Origin: an uncultured Pseudomonadota bacterium
Lineage (GTDB): Bacteria; Vulcanimicrobiota; Vulcanimicrobiia; Eremiobacterales; Eremiobacteraceae
NCBI GenBank assembly: GCA_963736005.1
Contig: CAVTNB010000002.1
Span: forward strand, 161,364-225,363
DNA length: 64,000 nt
Reading direction: 5' to 3'
Every line of letters starts with the position of its first letter. The first letter of the stretch is position 1. A program made the position numbers and the translations under genes. Positions 42,993 to 54,415 of this stretch are shown in pieces. The notes beneath the pieces were generated by a model. It worked only from the letters and a program-made list of their open reading frames with translations, made no database searches and was not told the origin of the DNA.

Positions 42993-43978
42993 GTCAACAC
43001 CGTTGGGCTATTCGATCGCTCGTGGGCTGCATCGGCCATCGACAGAGCTCGCAGGACTGCGACACCTTGTTGAACCGACGTTTGCGGCTGCTTCCCCGTA
43101 CTTATGGCATCGACAAACGCCAACATCTCTTCTCTCAGTGGTTCGCCGCCGTCGACCTGAATCTCGCGTTGTTCTCCTCGTGCCACCGAGCGATGGCCTC
43201 GCTCGCTCGTGGAAACAGCGTAGGGACTGACCGTGAGAGCGCTGCCAGCTCGCGCATCTTTCAGCGTGATGACGCCATGTGCGCCAAACACATCAAGCCG
43301 GGCAGATTTCTCCGGATCGAGCCAGCATACTTCAATATGTGCGGAACGATTGTTTGAAAACTGAAAATCGGCATACGCGACATCGCTGATCTCTGCGATC
43401 GTGCAAGCAGTCTGAGCTGAGAGGACTGAGCGAGGCTCTTCGCCCATAATGGCCAGCATGAGCGCAATATCATGCGGTGCAAAGCTCCACCAGACACTCT
43501 CGTGGTTGCGAAGTTTTCCTAGGCTCAACCTGCGGGAGCGTAGGTGCCAAATCGGCCCAATAACGTCTTCAGCAAGGAGCGCGCGCAATTTTCTTACAGC
43601 TGGGTGATAGAGCAAGACGTGACCAACAAACACGACTAGGCCGGTATGCGCAGCGGCTCGAGCGATCTGCTCGCCCTCGCTAACGGTCAAGGCCAGCGGC
43701 TTCTCAACAAAGACGTGCTTGCCAGCCGCGATTGCTTCCAAGCACATCGATGCGTGAAGGTGCGCCGGGGTCGCGATGATGACGCCTTGGACCTGGCGGG
43801 CGAGCAGTTCTTCAAATCGTGTTGTCGTTGCGACGCCAGGATATGAACGGGCAACGGCGGCCAATGCGGACTCGTCCAGGTCGCAAACCGAATCGAGTAT
43901 CCCAAGCTCGGCGCAGTTGCGGATGAGGTTGGGGCCCCAGTAGCCAGCGCCAGCTACGCCTAGTCGAAGATTTTGCAT
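42989..43978 (-). CDS. wbpB: Gfo/Idh/MocA oxidoreductase (WbpB-like 3-dehydrogenase by context)
   Basis: GAGYWGPNL.RN, HVFVEKPL, GHVLLYHP, WSFAPHD; lies between wbpA and wbpD. Confidence 0.8.
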   Translation of the reverse strand: MQNLRLGVAGAGYWGPNLIRNCAELGILDSVCDLDESALAAVARSYPGVATTTRFEELLARQVQGVIIATPAHLHASMCLEAIAAGKHVFVEKPLALTVSEGEQIARAAAHTGLVVFVGHVLLYHPAVRKLRALLAEDVIGPIWHLRSRRLSLGKLRNHESVWWSFAPHDIALMLAIMGEEPRSVLSAQTACTIAEISDVAYADFQFSNNRSAHIEVCWLDPEKSARLDVFGAHGVITLKDARAGSALTVSPYAVSTSERGHRSVARGEQREIQVDGGEPLREEMLAFVDAISTGKQPQTSVQQGVAVLRALSMADAAHERSNSPTVLT

Positions 43979-43984
43979 AAGCCG

Positions 43985-45337
43985 TTATAACAGGATGATG
44001 TTATTTCGATTGTCCGCGACGTTCTTTGTTGCATTGCGCGTATCAATCACGATCTTGGCTTTGCGAACGACGAGGCGCCAATCAGTCTGACTGTGATCGG
44101 TCGTAATGAGCACACAGTCAGCTTCGCTGAGCGCTTTCTCTGTGAGTGGCACCGAATGCCTGACGCCGCCTTGATCGTCTTGAAAACTTGGAACGAAAGG
44201 ATCGTGATAATCAACGATCGCATCTGCTTGCGTCAAGAGCGTCATGATCTTGACCGCAGGGGATTCACGCCAATCCGGAATGTCCTTCTTATAGGAGATT
44301 CCCAACATGAGCACTCGGGAACCTTTGAGCGGGCGACCTCGCTCGTTGAGGGCGCGACCAACCTTTTCGCGCACGAAGTACGGCATTTGGTTATTGATCT
44401 CTCCCGCAAGCTCGATGAAACGAGTATGGAAGTCGTACTGGCGCGCTTTCCAATTGAGGTAAAAAGGATCGAGTGGAATGCAATGCCCTCCCACGCCTGG
44501 TCCTGGGTCAAAGCGCATCATGCCAAACGGTTTGGTGGATGCCGCATCGATGACTTCCCAAATGTTGATCCCCATTCGGTCGCACAACAATGCCATTTCG
44601 TTGACCAGCGCGATGTTGACGGCGCGAAATGTATTCTCAAACACCTTCGTCATCTCGGCGACCCTGGGGCTAGTCAGCGAGAGCACGTCGACGATCGTTT
44701 GCTGGTAGAAGGTTGCCGCCACGCTCAAGCAGGTTGCGGTCACGCCGCCAACGACCTTGTTGGTGTTCTTGGTCGTGTACCGTTTGTTGCCGGGGTCGAC
44801 TCGTTCGGGTGAATAGGCGAGGAAATAATCCTTGCCTACCACCAAGCCCGTCGTAGCAAACAGCGGCAGCAGGACCTCTTCCGTTGTCCCCGGGTAGGTC
44901 GTGCTTTCGAGGCAAATAAGCTGACCTGGGCGCAAACGGCGGGCAATTTCATTTCCGACGCTGCGAATGTACGAAATATCGGGATCCTTGTTGACCGTGA
45001 GAGGCGTCGGCACACAAATAATAATAACATCGCAGGAATCGAGCGTCGAAAAATCTGTCGTTGCCGTTAGTTTCTCGTTGGCAACCATTCTTGTCAGGTC
45101 ATCATCCGCAACATCTCGGATATAGTTGGACCCTTGATTGACCTGCGCAACGCGAATGGCATTTCGATCGTACCCGATAACCCGGTAGCCGACCTTCGCT
45201 TTCTCTACCGCGAGAGGCAGCCCGACATACCCTATGCCGACGACTCCAACGACGGCCGAGTGAGTAGTAATCTTTTCGCGCAACGTCATCTCGTGGCTCA
45301 GATCGCTGGGTTCTGAAACTACTCGCATCATAGACAT
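43985..45337 (-). CDS. wbpA: UDP-GlcNAc 6-dehydrogenase (WbpA)
   Basis: GIGYVGLPLA, ICVPTPL, ESTTYPGTT, SPERVDPG, KVFENTFR.VNIA, GGHCIPLDP, D.RESP. Confidence 0.93.
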   Translation of the reverse strand: MSMMRVVSEPSDLSHEMTLREKITTHSAVVGVVGIGYVGLPLAVEKAKVGYRVIGYDRNAIRVAQVNQGSNYIRDVADDDLTRMVANEKLTATTDFSTLDSCDVIIICVPTPLTVNKDPDISYIRSVGNEIARRLRPGQLICLESTTYPGTTEEVLLPLFATTGLVVGKDYFLAYSPERVDPGNKRYTTKNTNKVVGGVTATCLSVAATFYQQTIVDVLSLTSPRVAEMTKVFENTFRAVNIALVNEMALLCDRMGINIWEVIDAASTKPFGMMRFDPGPGVGGHCIPLDPFYLNWKARQYDFHTRFIELAGEINNQMPYFVREKVGRALNERGRPLKGSRVLMLGISYKKDIPDWRESPAVKIMTLLTQADAIVDYHDPFVPSFQDDQGGVRHSVPLTEKALSEADCVLITTDHSQTDWRLVVRKAKIVIDTRNATKNVADNRNNIILL

Positions 45338-47376
45338 TATGAACCAACCACTCCGGCTGGCTGCGAGCCTTCCAATGCCCGCGGATACTGCGAATCAACG
45401 AATTCGACTTCTTCTGGGTGGCCGTTGGTTTCGGCCGCCACACGACCGTTCCGTGAGGGCGCCAACGACGGCTGCTCGTCAAGCATTTTACCGCTGGCGC
45501 CGTCGTCGAGCACGTGCGGACCTGGCTGATACGACCTGACGAAGTTACGCAGCACGTCGACGACGACTTGCTGATCGCCAGCGCGGGCGCCGGCTTCCAG
45601 CGCACGCAATCCCAGCGCGAGCGTCTCGTAGGCAACACGTTCTTGCTGCGCGATAAAAAGACGCGCGTGGCTGGTCGTTGACATACCTTCATGTATCGTC
45701 AAAATTTCTTCGAACAGCTTCTCACCCGGCCGGATCCCCGTCTCGACGATGGCGATATCGCGGTACGGGGTGAGACCTGAGAGCGTGATGAGCGTCTCAG
45801 CGAGTCTGAGGATATTCACCGGCTTGCCCATGTCGAGCACCAGCACCTGACCGTCTCGTCCTATAGCCATGGCTTGCAGCACGAGGGAAACGGCTTCGGG
45901 GATGGTCATAAAATAGCGTTGCATGTCTCGGTGCGTAATGGTCAGTGGGCCGCCATTTTCAATTTGCTTCTTGAAGATGGGAATGACGCTGCCGCGGCTC
46001 TCGAGCACATTGCCAAACCGGACCGTGACGAACTCAGTTCCCGTCTGGTTCACAAAGGATTGTGAAATGATCTCGGAGAGTCGTTTCGTCGCCCCCATGA
46101 CGCTTGTGGGATTCACCGCTTTGTCGGTTGACAGCAGAACGAACTTTGCGGTCCCTGCGGCCGCAGCAGCCAGACGCCACGACATGCGTTCCGAGAACAT
46201 TGTTCCGCGCTGCCTCGCAAACGTTTGCTTCAACAATCGGGACGTGTTTGTGCGCGGCCGCGTGAAAGACAACGTGCGGACGGTACTGCGAGAACACGTT
46301 GCGAATGCGCGAGGCGTCTGCCACATCGGCGAGGATGATCTTGGTCTTATTGAACCCAAATTTCAGGTTGAGCTCTTCGTTGATCGCAAACAAGACTGTT
46401 CTCGCCGTGACCCAAGAGCAGCAAGAGACTAGGGTTGAGACCAACGATTTGCCGACACAGCTCGCTGCCGATGGAGCCCCCGGCCCCGGTCACCAAAATC
46501 ACCCGATTTTCGACGTGGGGTTGAATCTCCGAAAGCTCAACGTTTACTGGATCTCTCGGCAGCAAGTCCTCGGGCTGCACCGGTCGGATGCGAGAAACCC
46601 GCACGCCGTCGTTGAGCAGCTCGAGCACACCGGGCAAAATCTTGACCGCAGGCGAACCGCCATTTGGCCCGCACTCCCGCATGCAGTTGCTAATGATCCG
46701 TTTAACCAGCTGAGGCGATGCGGACGGAATGGCGATGATGACACAAGCGACTTCGTGCTCGTCGATAAGGTGCGGCAGGGCATCGATGTTACCTAAAATG
46801 GGCTTTGCCACCTACGCGTTCCGCTAGGATCTCATCGTCGACGCAGCCGACTACGGCATAGTTGAAGTTATTGTTTTCTTGAATGAGGCGCACGAGCGAG
46901 GCCGCGGCTTTCCCCGAGCCGACGACGATCGTGCGTTGCGTGTTGGGTCGACGCTCGTTGCGCATGCGCTCAAGTTCAAGCTGGGCTAGCCGAAAGACGA
47001 GGTTGAACAGAATGATAATTAGGGCTGCTATGAGCACTGTGCCAAGCTCGAGCCCAACTGCTCTCGGCAGGACCAGTCCAGAGCACGGCTCCTGCCGACT
47101 GCGCCTGCAGCGACGCCGAACGACGACTGCCGCCAGATCCCGGGAGTCAAGACCGAATCCAGTTGCCGGGCGCGCAGCGCCGAAACCAAGGGCTACCACA
47201 CTGAATACTGTCGTGAGAATCAGCACGGCTGCCAAGTGCGGACCGCTTGCCGGCCCATCAACAATCGCAAACGCCAGCTCGCATGCAACAAAAGCGAGTA
47301 TCACTTGCGCTGCGAACATAACCAATGACGCCCGGTCAGAGCGAGGTTGTGTGCCTAGCGTTGTCGTCTTACTCAT
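45337..47376 (-). CDS. Membrane-anchored UDP-GlcNAc 4,6-dehydratase (WbpM/PglF/CapD); several frameshifts
   Basis: N-terminal TMs; EDLL.R.PV, TGAGGSIGSEL, HAAAHKHVP, STDKAVNPTSVMGATK, VRFGNVL, RYFMTIPEA, RPGEKL. Confidence 0.9.
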
Positions 47377-47402
47377 TCTTTGACTCTGTCACGACCGCGT
47401 TG

Positions 47403-49573
47403 TCACCCCATTCTCGTGGGGTAGCGGCATAGGGTTGTACCGCTCAGATAGTATGCCGCGTATCCATTCGACGGCGTAGCTCTATTTAAGACTACACCGA
47501 GCATGTTGACACCCTGTACCGCGCTAAGGCGCTGCATAGCTTTTCGTGTCGAGGGCATATCTGTTGAATTTGCCGAGATGACGAGCACCGTGCCGTCAAC
47601 CTTTGTCGCCAGGATGGCCGCATCGTAAACCGGCAGCAAGGCGGGCGTGTCGAAGACAATGGCTCGGTATTCCTTCAGCAGCTCTGTGATAAGGTTGTCA
47701 AGTCGAGGGGAGTGAATTAGTTTCACGGGGTTCGGGACGAGCGTTCCGCCACTAAGCAAATAAAGACCATCGTATTTTGTACTCTGGATCGCGTCGCTAA
47801 CTGGGGCTTCCCCCACGAGAACGTCCGAAAGCCCAGGGCCTGCAGCCAGTCCCAACCCCTCGTGGAGCTTGGGGCGGCGCAAGTCTGCATCAACCAGCAC
47901 TACCTTTGGTTCGATCTCTGCCATCGCGATCGCAGTGCTCATGGCGATCGTGGTCTTGCCATCGCCCTGATGCGGACTCGTAATTGCAAGCGTTCGCAAA
48001 GGCTTATCCGATGAGTACCGCAGCGCCGTGACTAGTTGCAAAAACGACTCGACGGTCAGCGCGCGCAGCCAGGGCAGCTTCTTGGGCGAATCGATGTTAG
48101 CTGCGGCACGGAGGTGAGGACAGGCAACGGGAGAGTGCGCTGAACATCGTGTTCGTCCTTGAAGGTATTGTCGAAGAAATCGACCACGAATACGCCACTG
48201 ATCGCGAGCACGAGTCCGATCGCGAAACCAAGGATGAGATTAAGGGTCCAACTCGGTTTCTTGGCTAGCGTGGAAGGCGTTGCCGGCTGGGTAATCGACA
48301 CATCACTCAGCGCGGTCGTGCGCTCAACCATAGCCTCGCTGTACTTTTGCTGCAGCGCCGCATAGATATCTTCCGTCATCTTAGCGTCGCGTTCAAGTTT
48401 GGCAAGCTCGGCTGTCTGCGCTGGTAGCGAGTTAAGCGCTCCGCTGTATCGGCCCATCTCGATGTCCAGCGTCTTCATTTGCGCCCTGGTCACCTGCAAT
48501 CTGCGAGCGCAGCGTGGCGGCCTGTTGGCTCAATTGTTGGTAAACGGGATTGGCAACAACGTCGTTTGAAGAATCGATTGTCGAAGGCTGGCTTCCGATC
48601 TCACGCTGCAGTTGCGCCTTTTGCTCCTCCAGTGCTTGAACTGCTGGATACTGCTCGGTGTACTGTTTGCGAGCCGTGTCCAGTTGAACCTCGACCTGCG
48701 CCAATTGGGTCTGGAGTTGGGCGGTGACCGGGTTCTGAATAATGTTGCGTGAACCGATGGATGTAGGACTCAGACCGCTCATTTGAGCAGTTACGTTGCT
48801 GAGTTGAGCTTGTGCTTGTTCTGCATCAACCTTTACTTGCGCGTAACGCTGCGTTGCAGTGGCCACTGCGCTATCCGCGCCCTGCGTGTCGGTTCCAATG
48901 GTTACGTAGACGTCTGGATGCGCGGTTTGAAACTGGCCCAGGGCGCTTTCTGACTTACGCATCGTTGCCTCGGCCAAGGGCAACTGCTGGTTCAGATAAT
49001 CAATGGCCGATCCAGCCTGACTGGCGATGAGTTCTCGCTCGCGATTGACGAAGACCGTCGCGAACTCGTTCGCGATGTTGATGCGCTGTGTGGGGGTCGC
49101 CCCACGTCGCAGAAAGTTGAATGATGGAAGTATTGGTAACAGGCTTAACATCAATGTACTTGTTAAGTAATTGTTGAACACCGATATTGAGCTTCAGATT
49201 TGCGATAACTTGCTTTACGACGGGATCTTCTTGAATGAGATCCACATACGTCTCAGCCGTCATCGTACTGCCCGCTGCGATCAGGGCATTGAGCATAGGC
49301 AGCGTCGAATTGCCCTGAGGCGCGGCTCCATTACCTGAATTGCCAGCTATCAGTTTGGTTGTAGCCGTGTAGCTCCTTGGCACCACGGCCGTCCACAAGA
49401 CGACGAAGGCAAAAGAAACCAAGCAGGATTGCGAAAAAAACTCGCTTGCGTCGCAGCAGAGTACCGAAAAGCCCTGGAAGGTCTGTCTCTCCCGACGGCT
49501 CAGGAGGAGCTGTCGGGTAGCCAGATGGCAGTTGATATTGTTGCGCTGAGCGTAAGGCAGGGCCGAAATACAT
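47403..49573 (-). CDS. wzc: Polysaccharide co-polymerase/tyrosine kinase Wzc; several frameshifts
   Basis: Wzz-like N-terminus (YTATTKL), coiled coil with YT..YP.V, second TM, Walker A PHQGDGKTT, VDADLRRP, FDTP, Tyr-rich tail. Confidence 0.88.
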
Positions 49574-49600
49574 GGCGTTTAGTGTTCCTTTATCTTTCTT

Positions 49601-50386
49601 CTATGGCGTTGGCGTGCCCGTGCAACCGGCTTGCCCGCCTGGGCAGGGTGTCGGGATTGTAGCGTCACCGCTAGTCTTGACAGCAGCCAGATCGGTCTTG
49701 ATCGTCGTGCTCGTCGTCTGGCTCGGATTCCAAGACGGCGCGCCGGGGAACAGCGTCTTATTTGCGGCGCTTCGTGCTGCAATGTCGTTCAGCAGTGTTG
49801 TCTCCGGTCCATTCGGCGATGTCTTCAGCGATACTAACCAGGCTTGACAGTCGCGTTGAAGTTCCAGTCATCAAACGCGGTCGTACCAGAAGGTGAGTTA
49901 TTGAATACATACAGACTCACGGCCGCCGTGTAAACATCACTGGCATTCCCGTCGAGGTACTGGTTACGCGTGGGCTTGTTGCCAGCAAACTGCGTCGTCC
50001 AGCCTTCGGCACCACTTGCGTTAGTGGCAACGACGATATAATTGCGGCTAGGCACGATCGTGTAGTTTGGATCCGGTGCGCTTGGGGTCGGCGTAGACTT
50101 CGCCACTAGGGTAAACATTCCGGAGCCGTCAGCTGTCGCGGTTCCAGCTTGAACCGAACAACCGCATGAAAACACCACGGTCGCGTTAGCAGCAGGGGCC
50201 GTACGTGAACGAGCCAACGGTTCCGCCTGTCGCTACCTGCATTTTGCCGGTAAGCCCGGGACTCGCAGCAGGCGTTGGGGGCGGAGGGTTGATTGTTCCG
50301 CCGCCACCGCCACCGCCGCATGCGGCGATTAACGCGGTCACCATCAGCGCGCCGATTGCTGAGATTGTTGTGCTTCGCTTGGTCAT
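49601..50386 (-). CDS. Lipoprotein of unknown function between wza and wzc (~260 aa, two frameshifts)
   Basis: LIAA-CGGGGG leader; track ORFs 50186..50386 and 49834..50217 continue by hand as AWLVSLKTSPNG...PTPCPGGQAGCTGTPTP to TAG at 49601. Confidence 0.7.
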
Positions 50387-50426
50387 GTGTTGTATTGGAT
50401 CTCCTATTTCTCTTGATTAGTAGGCC

Positions 50427-51356
50427 TTACAGGCCAAAAAGCTTTAGCGTCGAGAGGAGGTAGTAGGCTGACTGACCTAGGAAGCCGCCGCCGGCACCGC
50501 CGATCCGACCCTTCATCGATGGCACAAAAACCAGGTCGCCCTTTTGCAGAATCAAATCTTTCGAGATGTCTCCACCCTCTAAAGTCTTGTAGAGGTTGAC
50601 CCGCATTGGCGTACTGGTACCATCTGGCATCGTTCTAGTGACGGTGATATTGTTGAGATCTGAATTTGCCGCCTGACTGCTTCCAGCCATCGCGATTGCC
50701 TGAGATAGACGGTCGCCTTCTCTTAAATCGACCTCTCCTGGATGATCGACGGCACCCACCACGTGAATGCTGATCGTTAGCGGCGACGCGATATATACAA
50801 TCGAACCGTCTTGCAGTGGTATGTTGAGAGATGTGTCGCCTTGATGAAGCAGCTTTTCAAGCGAAACTTGGGTCACTTGGCCACTAGGGGAACCCACTCG
50901 CGCGTCCGGATACTGCCCCTCAATTGGATTCATACCCCCCGCGGCTGCGATAGCGTCGGTGAGACTACCCGTTGGAGGGAGCGGGTATTTTCCAGGCGTC
51001 TTTACGTCGCCCAGGACCATCACATTGACTTGTCCGACTTGTGTCACGGCAACGGTAACATCAGGGTGGCGAACATATTTTTGTAGCGATGTACGTATGG
51101 TGGCAGCCGCTTGTTCGGGCGTTTCACCTGCCACGCGAACCTTCCCGACAAGGGCCAAGGTTATGCTGCCGTCAGGCAATACCGTCACAGGACCGGTGAG
51201 CGTTTGCTCGCCGTACACGACCACGTTGAGCTGGTCGCCACTGTGAATGATGTATGAGGTATCGGCACGCCCTCCCGCTGATAGACTCAACGTGAGCACA
51301 CCAGCCGCAAAGAGCATCATAAGAGGCTTCATCACGTTTTTTTCGGCTCTCCTCAA
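50427..51356 (-). CDS. wza: Polysaccharide export protein (Poly_export plus SLBB repeats)
   Basis: YIIHSGDQLNVVVYGE, V.PDG.I.L.LVG.V.VAG.T, VLGDVKTPG.Y, DAIAAAGG, LQKGDLVFVP. Confidence 0.9.
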   Translation of the reverse strand: MRRAEKNVMKPLMMLFAAGVLTLSLSAGGRADTSYIIHSGDQLNVVVYGEQTLTGPVTVLPDGSITLALVGKVRVAGETPEQAAATIRTSLQKYVRHPDVTVAVTQVGQVNVMVLGDVKTPGKYPLPPTGSLTDAIAAAGGMNPIEGQYPDARVGSPSGQVTQVSLEKLLHQGDTSLNIPLQDGSIVYIASPLTISIHVVGAVDHPGEVDLREGDRLSQAIAMAGSSQAANSDLNNITVTRTMPDGTSTPMRVNLYKTLEGGDISKDLILQKGDLVFVPSMKGRIGGAGGGFLGQSAYYLLSTLKLFGL

Positions 51357-51874
51357 TTCTTTTTTTCACCGCCCGTGTTCGACGCAAGCGCAGACCTAGA
51401 CCCATTCTCTCCATCGCGATGTACTCTGACGACACTCTTCGCGAGCAAGCGACCTCCAAGAGTCGGGTCCACAAACGCCTGTCCGCGGGCCAAGCTCTCC
51501 AGCGCCGCGATGAGCATGTTCAGTGTTGCCGCGGTGCTGACGGCACCCTTGCAACCAGCTGCAATGGCCTCTCGAGCGCGATCGAGCCGATCGACTGCGA
51601 CGAGCGCACACAGTGGCAGCTCTGGTACGACGTGACGCGCCTCGCGAACTGTCGTCATCGGATCGTTCGTTTGCCCGTCTAGGGAAACGAGTATCGCCGA
51701 AACTGGTGCATCGAGCAGCGCGCGAATGTCTTGGCCTCGGTGGCCACTACTGTGAATAACTGCGATGGATCCGCTCTCCTCTAGCACGCTTGCAAGCGCT
51801 TCGCGGAACAGCAGTTGGTCATCGAAATAGGCAACGCGGACCTTCCCGTCCGAGTTCCCTGAACTCGCCGTCAT
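51353..51874 (-). CDS. NarL-like receiver domain without HTH; phospho-acceptor degenerate
   Basis: RVAYFDDQLLFREAL...AILVSLDG...AGCKGAVSTAA...L..A...LARGQAFVDP; likely ATG at 51874. Confidence 0.75.
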   Translation of the reverse strand: MTASSGNSDGKVRVAYFDDQLLFREALASVLEESGSIAVIHSSGHRGQDIRALLDAPVSAILVSLDGQTNDPMTTVREARHVVPELPLCALVAVDRLDRAREAIAAGCKGAVSTAATLNMLIAALESLARGQAFVDPTLGGRLLAKSVVRVHRDGENGSRSALASNTGGEKKN

Positions 51875-52213
51875 GTTGCACTCATTGTATCCGAGGCTAA
51901 AGCACCTCAACTAGACCGTTACCGCCCGCGCGTGCAGGTAAACGGGCCTGAGTCCACCTTAGTGTTTAGGACCTGGGTCCTATAAAACACATTTATGAGA
52001 ATCAGCGTTCACGAAATATTACCTAGAATTGGCTGTGTTTGCGGACGCTGCGGCGAGCGGTCGCAAGGCTTGAAGCTCTCCGAGCAAGTGGCGAGGCTGG
52101 GAAAAACTACCTTATGTGTTACTTGGGATGCCATCGTTGCAGATTGTGACTGTGTTGTTGCAGACTTTGCTCGATCCTATCGCGAAGGCTAGCCCGTTGA
52201 GTTCGGTTGGGAG

Positions 52214-53003
52214 ATGCATATGACAAAGCACGTGGGTTTTTTGGCATCAGTTGCGGTTGCGTTCGCGTCCGTAACGCTTCTTTCTTCATGCGGTGGGGGG
52301 TCGGCCGTCAATGCGCCGATGCTCCCCTCTGGCGGGTCCTCGCCGAGCGCATCGCCCATTCCGTCGCCTAGCCCAACGATATCGGCAAGCACGCAGATCT
52401 TGCACGCGAATCGCAGGGCGGATTGTCGGCGTAGCCGATATGTTCACTCCGATCTCCGGTGACACGGCGAGTGGTGGCAATGGCGCAGCGGTGGACGGTA
52501 TCACGTGCGACCCCACAATGTCCGACAACTACCACATTCATATCTTCCTTGGGATCTACGTAAACGGTACGCACTACGCGCTGCCGATAGCAATCGGAAT
52601 GGTTAACCCTGGCGCCCCGGTGGCCGGATTTATCAACTCGGCGCAGTGTTTCTATCACATTCATAGTCATGATTCGTCCGGCATCGTCCATGTGGAAGAT
52701 CCCGACCCGAGCGGAGCACCCAGGACGGCCTCGCTCTTCACGCTCAAGAATGTGCTCGATGTTTGGGGCATCACTGTCGACGGATCGCACGTGGGCCAAT
52801 TCTCCGGCCCTGTGGTTGTGATGACGTCGGGCCAAGTATACCGTGGAGACCAAAACAACGGGCTGGTACCGTCGAGCACCTATACATTCTATAGCGGTGA
52901 TCCCAACCAGATCCCGCTGTACTCCCATGAAGTTATTTGGCTAATGGTGGGACCGACCTACCCATCCTCGCTGGACAGCGTTAGTTTCTACACAGAATTC
53001 TGA
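52214..53003 (+). CDS. Lipoprotein with His-rich putative metal-binding domain; frameshift near 52400
   Basis: LLSS-CGGG leader; VDGITCD...YHIHIFL...CFYHIHSHDSSGIVHVE. Confidence 0.7.
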
Positions 53004-53030
53004 CGTCGCGCGGGCCTCGCGTCTTAGCCG

Positions 53031-53369
53031 CTATACTTCACCGGCTTGGACTCGATCTTCTATTTCTGCAGCCGCCTCATCATAAGCTTGACGAAGCGCC
53101 AATAGGCCTGTATGGCGGTGGGCGTCGCGTTCATCGGGCGCGAGATCCGCTCCGATATCCCCGGTCTCGAAAACGCCATACTTCTTTTCGAGGGCATCCA
53201 CGAAAGCGTCAAGGTCGCCCCGCACCTCGTCGACTTCCTTTATATAGCGCTGCAATTCTGACGTGGGTGAGTGTTCGACGGCTGCAACTCTGTCGGCATC
53301 GTCGGCGACGGTGAATTTCTTCCAGCGGACGACCAGAGGATCGACGCGTTCCCAGGCTTGTTCAGTCAT
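53031..53369 (-). CDS. Hypothetical helical acidic protein
   Basis: 112-aa ORF with ATGA overlap to the permease. Confidence 0.7.
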   Translation of the reverse strand: MTEQAWERVDPLVVRWKKFTVADDADRVAAVEHSPTSELQRYIKEVDEVRGDLDAFVDALEKKYGVFETGDIGADLAPDERDAHRHTGLLALRQAYDEAAAEIEDRVQAGEV

Positions 53370-54413
53370 GGTGCTAGATATTGTCTGCGGAGTTGATCCA
53401 AGAGCACGGCAACTAGTATGACTGCACCTAGGACCACATCCTGCGCGTATGACTGGACTCCGAGCAAATTCATCACATTATAGAGCATTCCGATGAGCAG
53501 CGCCCCCACGAACGTGCCGCTAATGGACCCGCGGCCCCCCATAAGCGAGGTCCCACCCACGACCACGGCGGCGATGCATTGCAGCTCGTAGCCTTGCCCA
53601 GCTTGCGGAATGCCTGAGTTCTCGTGCCCTGCGAGCAGTAGACTTGCGAGGCCGGCGAGCGCCCCTGATATGACATATACGCCAAGTTTGACGCCAAAGA
53701 CGTTCACGCCGGAGAGCCGCGCTGCTTCCTCGTTCCCACCAATCGCATAGACGTACCGTCCGAAGCGCGTTTGGGTAAGAACGTACCCGCAGACCAAGAC
53801 GACTGCGAGCATGACGACGACCTGCGTGGGGATGCCCGGGATGCCGAACCAATGGCCCACGCTTGGGAGGATAAACCCGCTGCCGATGAAGTTGAAGGCC
53901 TGATTGTCAATTTCGATTGGTTGGCCGCGAGTGTACAAAAATGCTAAACCGCTTGCCATGAGCCGCATCGCCAACGTCGTGATGAACGGCGGCAATCCGA
54001 ACTTCACGACCGGCCAACCATTGACCAGTCCCGCTCCGCCGCCAACGCTCAGGCCAACGAGGATCGCGAGAATGAGGCCGCCGACCACGGATGGGTGGCC
54101 TTGCATGGTGCCGGCCATAAGCACTCCCGTGAGGGCGATAAGTGAGCCGACAGAGAGATCGATGCCCGGCGGTAATAATGACGAACGTTTGACCGGTTGC
54201 CAAGATTGCGTTGACGGCAATCTGGCGCAAGACGTTGAGAATGTTGCCCGGCGTCAGAAAATCGCCATGCGTTGCCGCGTTGAGGATTGTGAGCAAGACA
54301 ACGAGCCCAACCACAAGGCCGATCGTCCTTAGCAGCGCCATCCGCCGCTTGCGTGCAGCCACTTCCTGTGTCTTGATCTCAACGGCCTGAACCGTTTGTC
54401 GTTCTTGCGCCAT
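53366..54413 (-). CDS. rbsC: Monosaccharide ABC permease (RbsC-like); frameshift near 54170
   Basis: GQTFVIIT|GIDLSVGS, PPFITTL, T.FGRYVYAIGGNEEAARLSG, YEL..IAAVVVGGTSL.GG. Confidence 0.85.
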
Positions 54414-54415
54414 GC

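Noticed and set aside
44093..44812. 239-aa plus-strand ORF and similar antisense ORFs over conserved genes
   Set aside because: Fully overlap well-supported genes on the opposite strand
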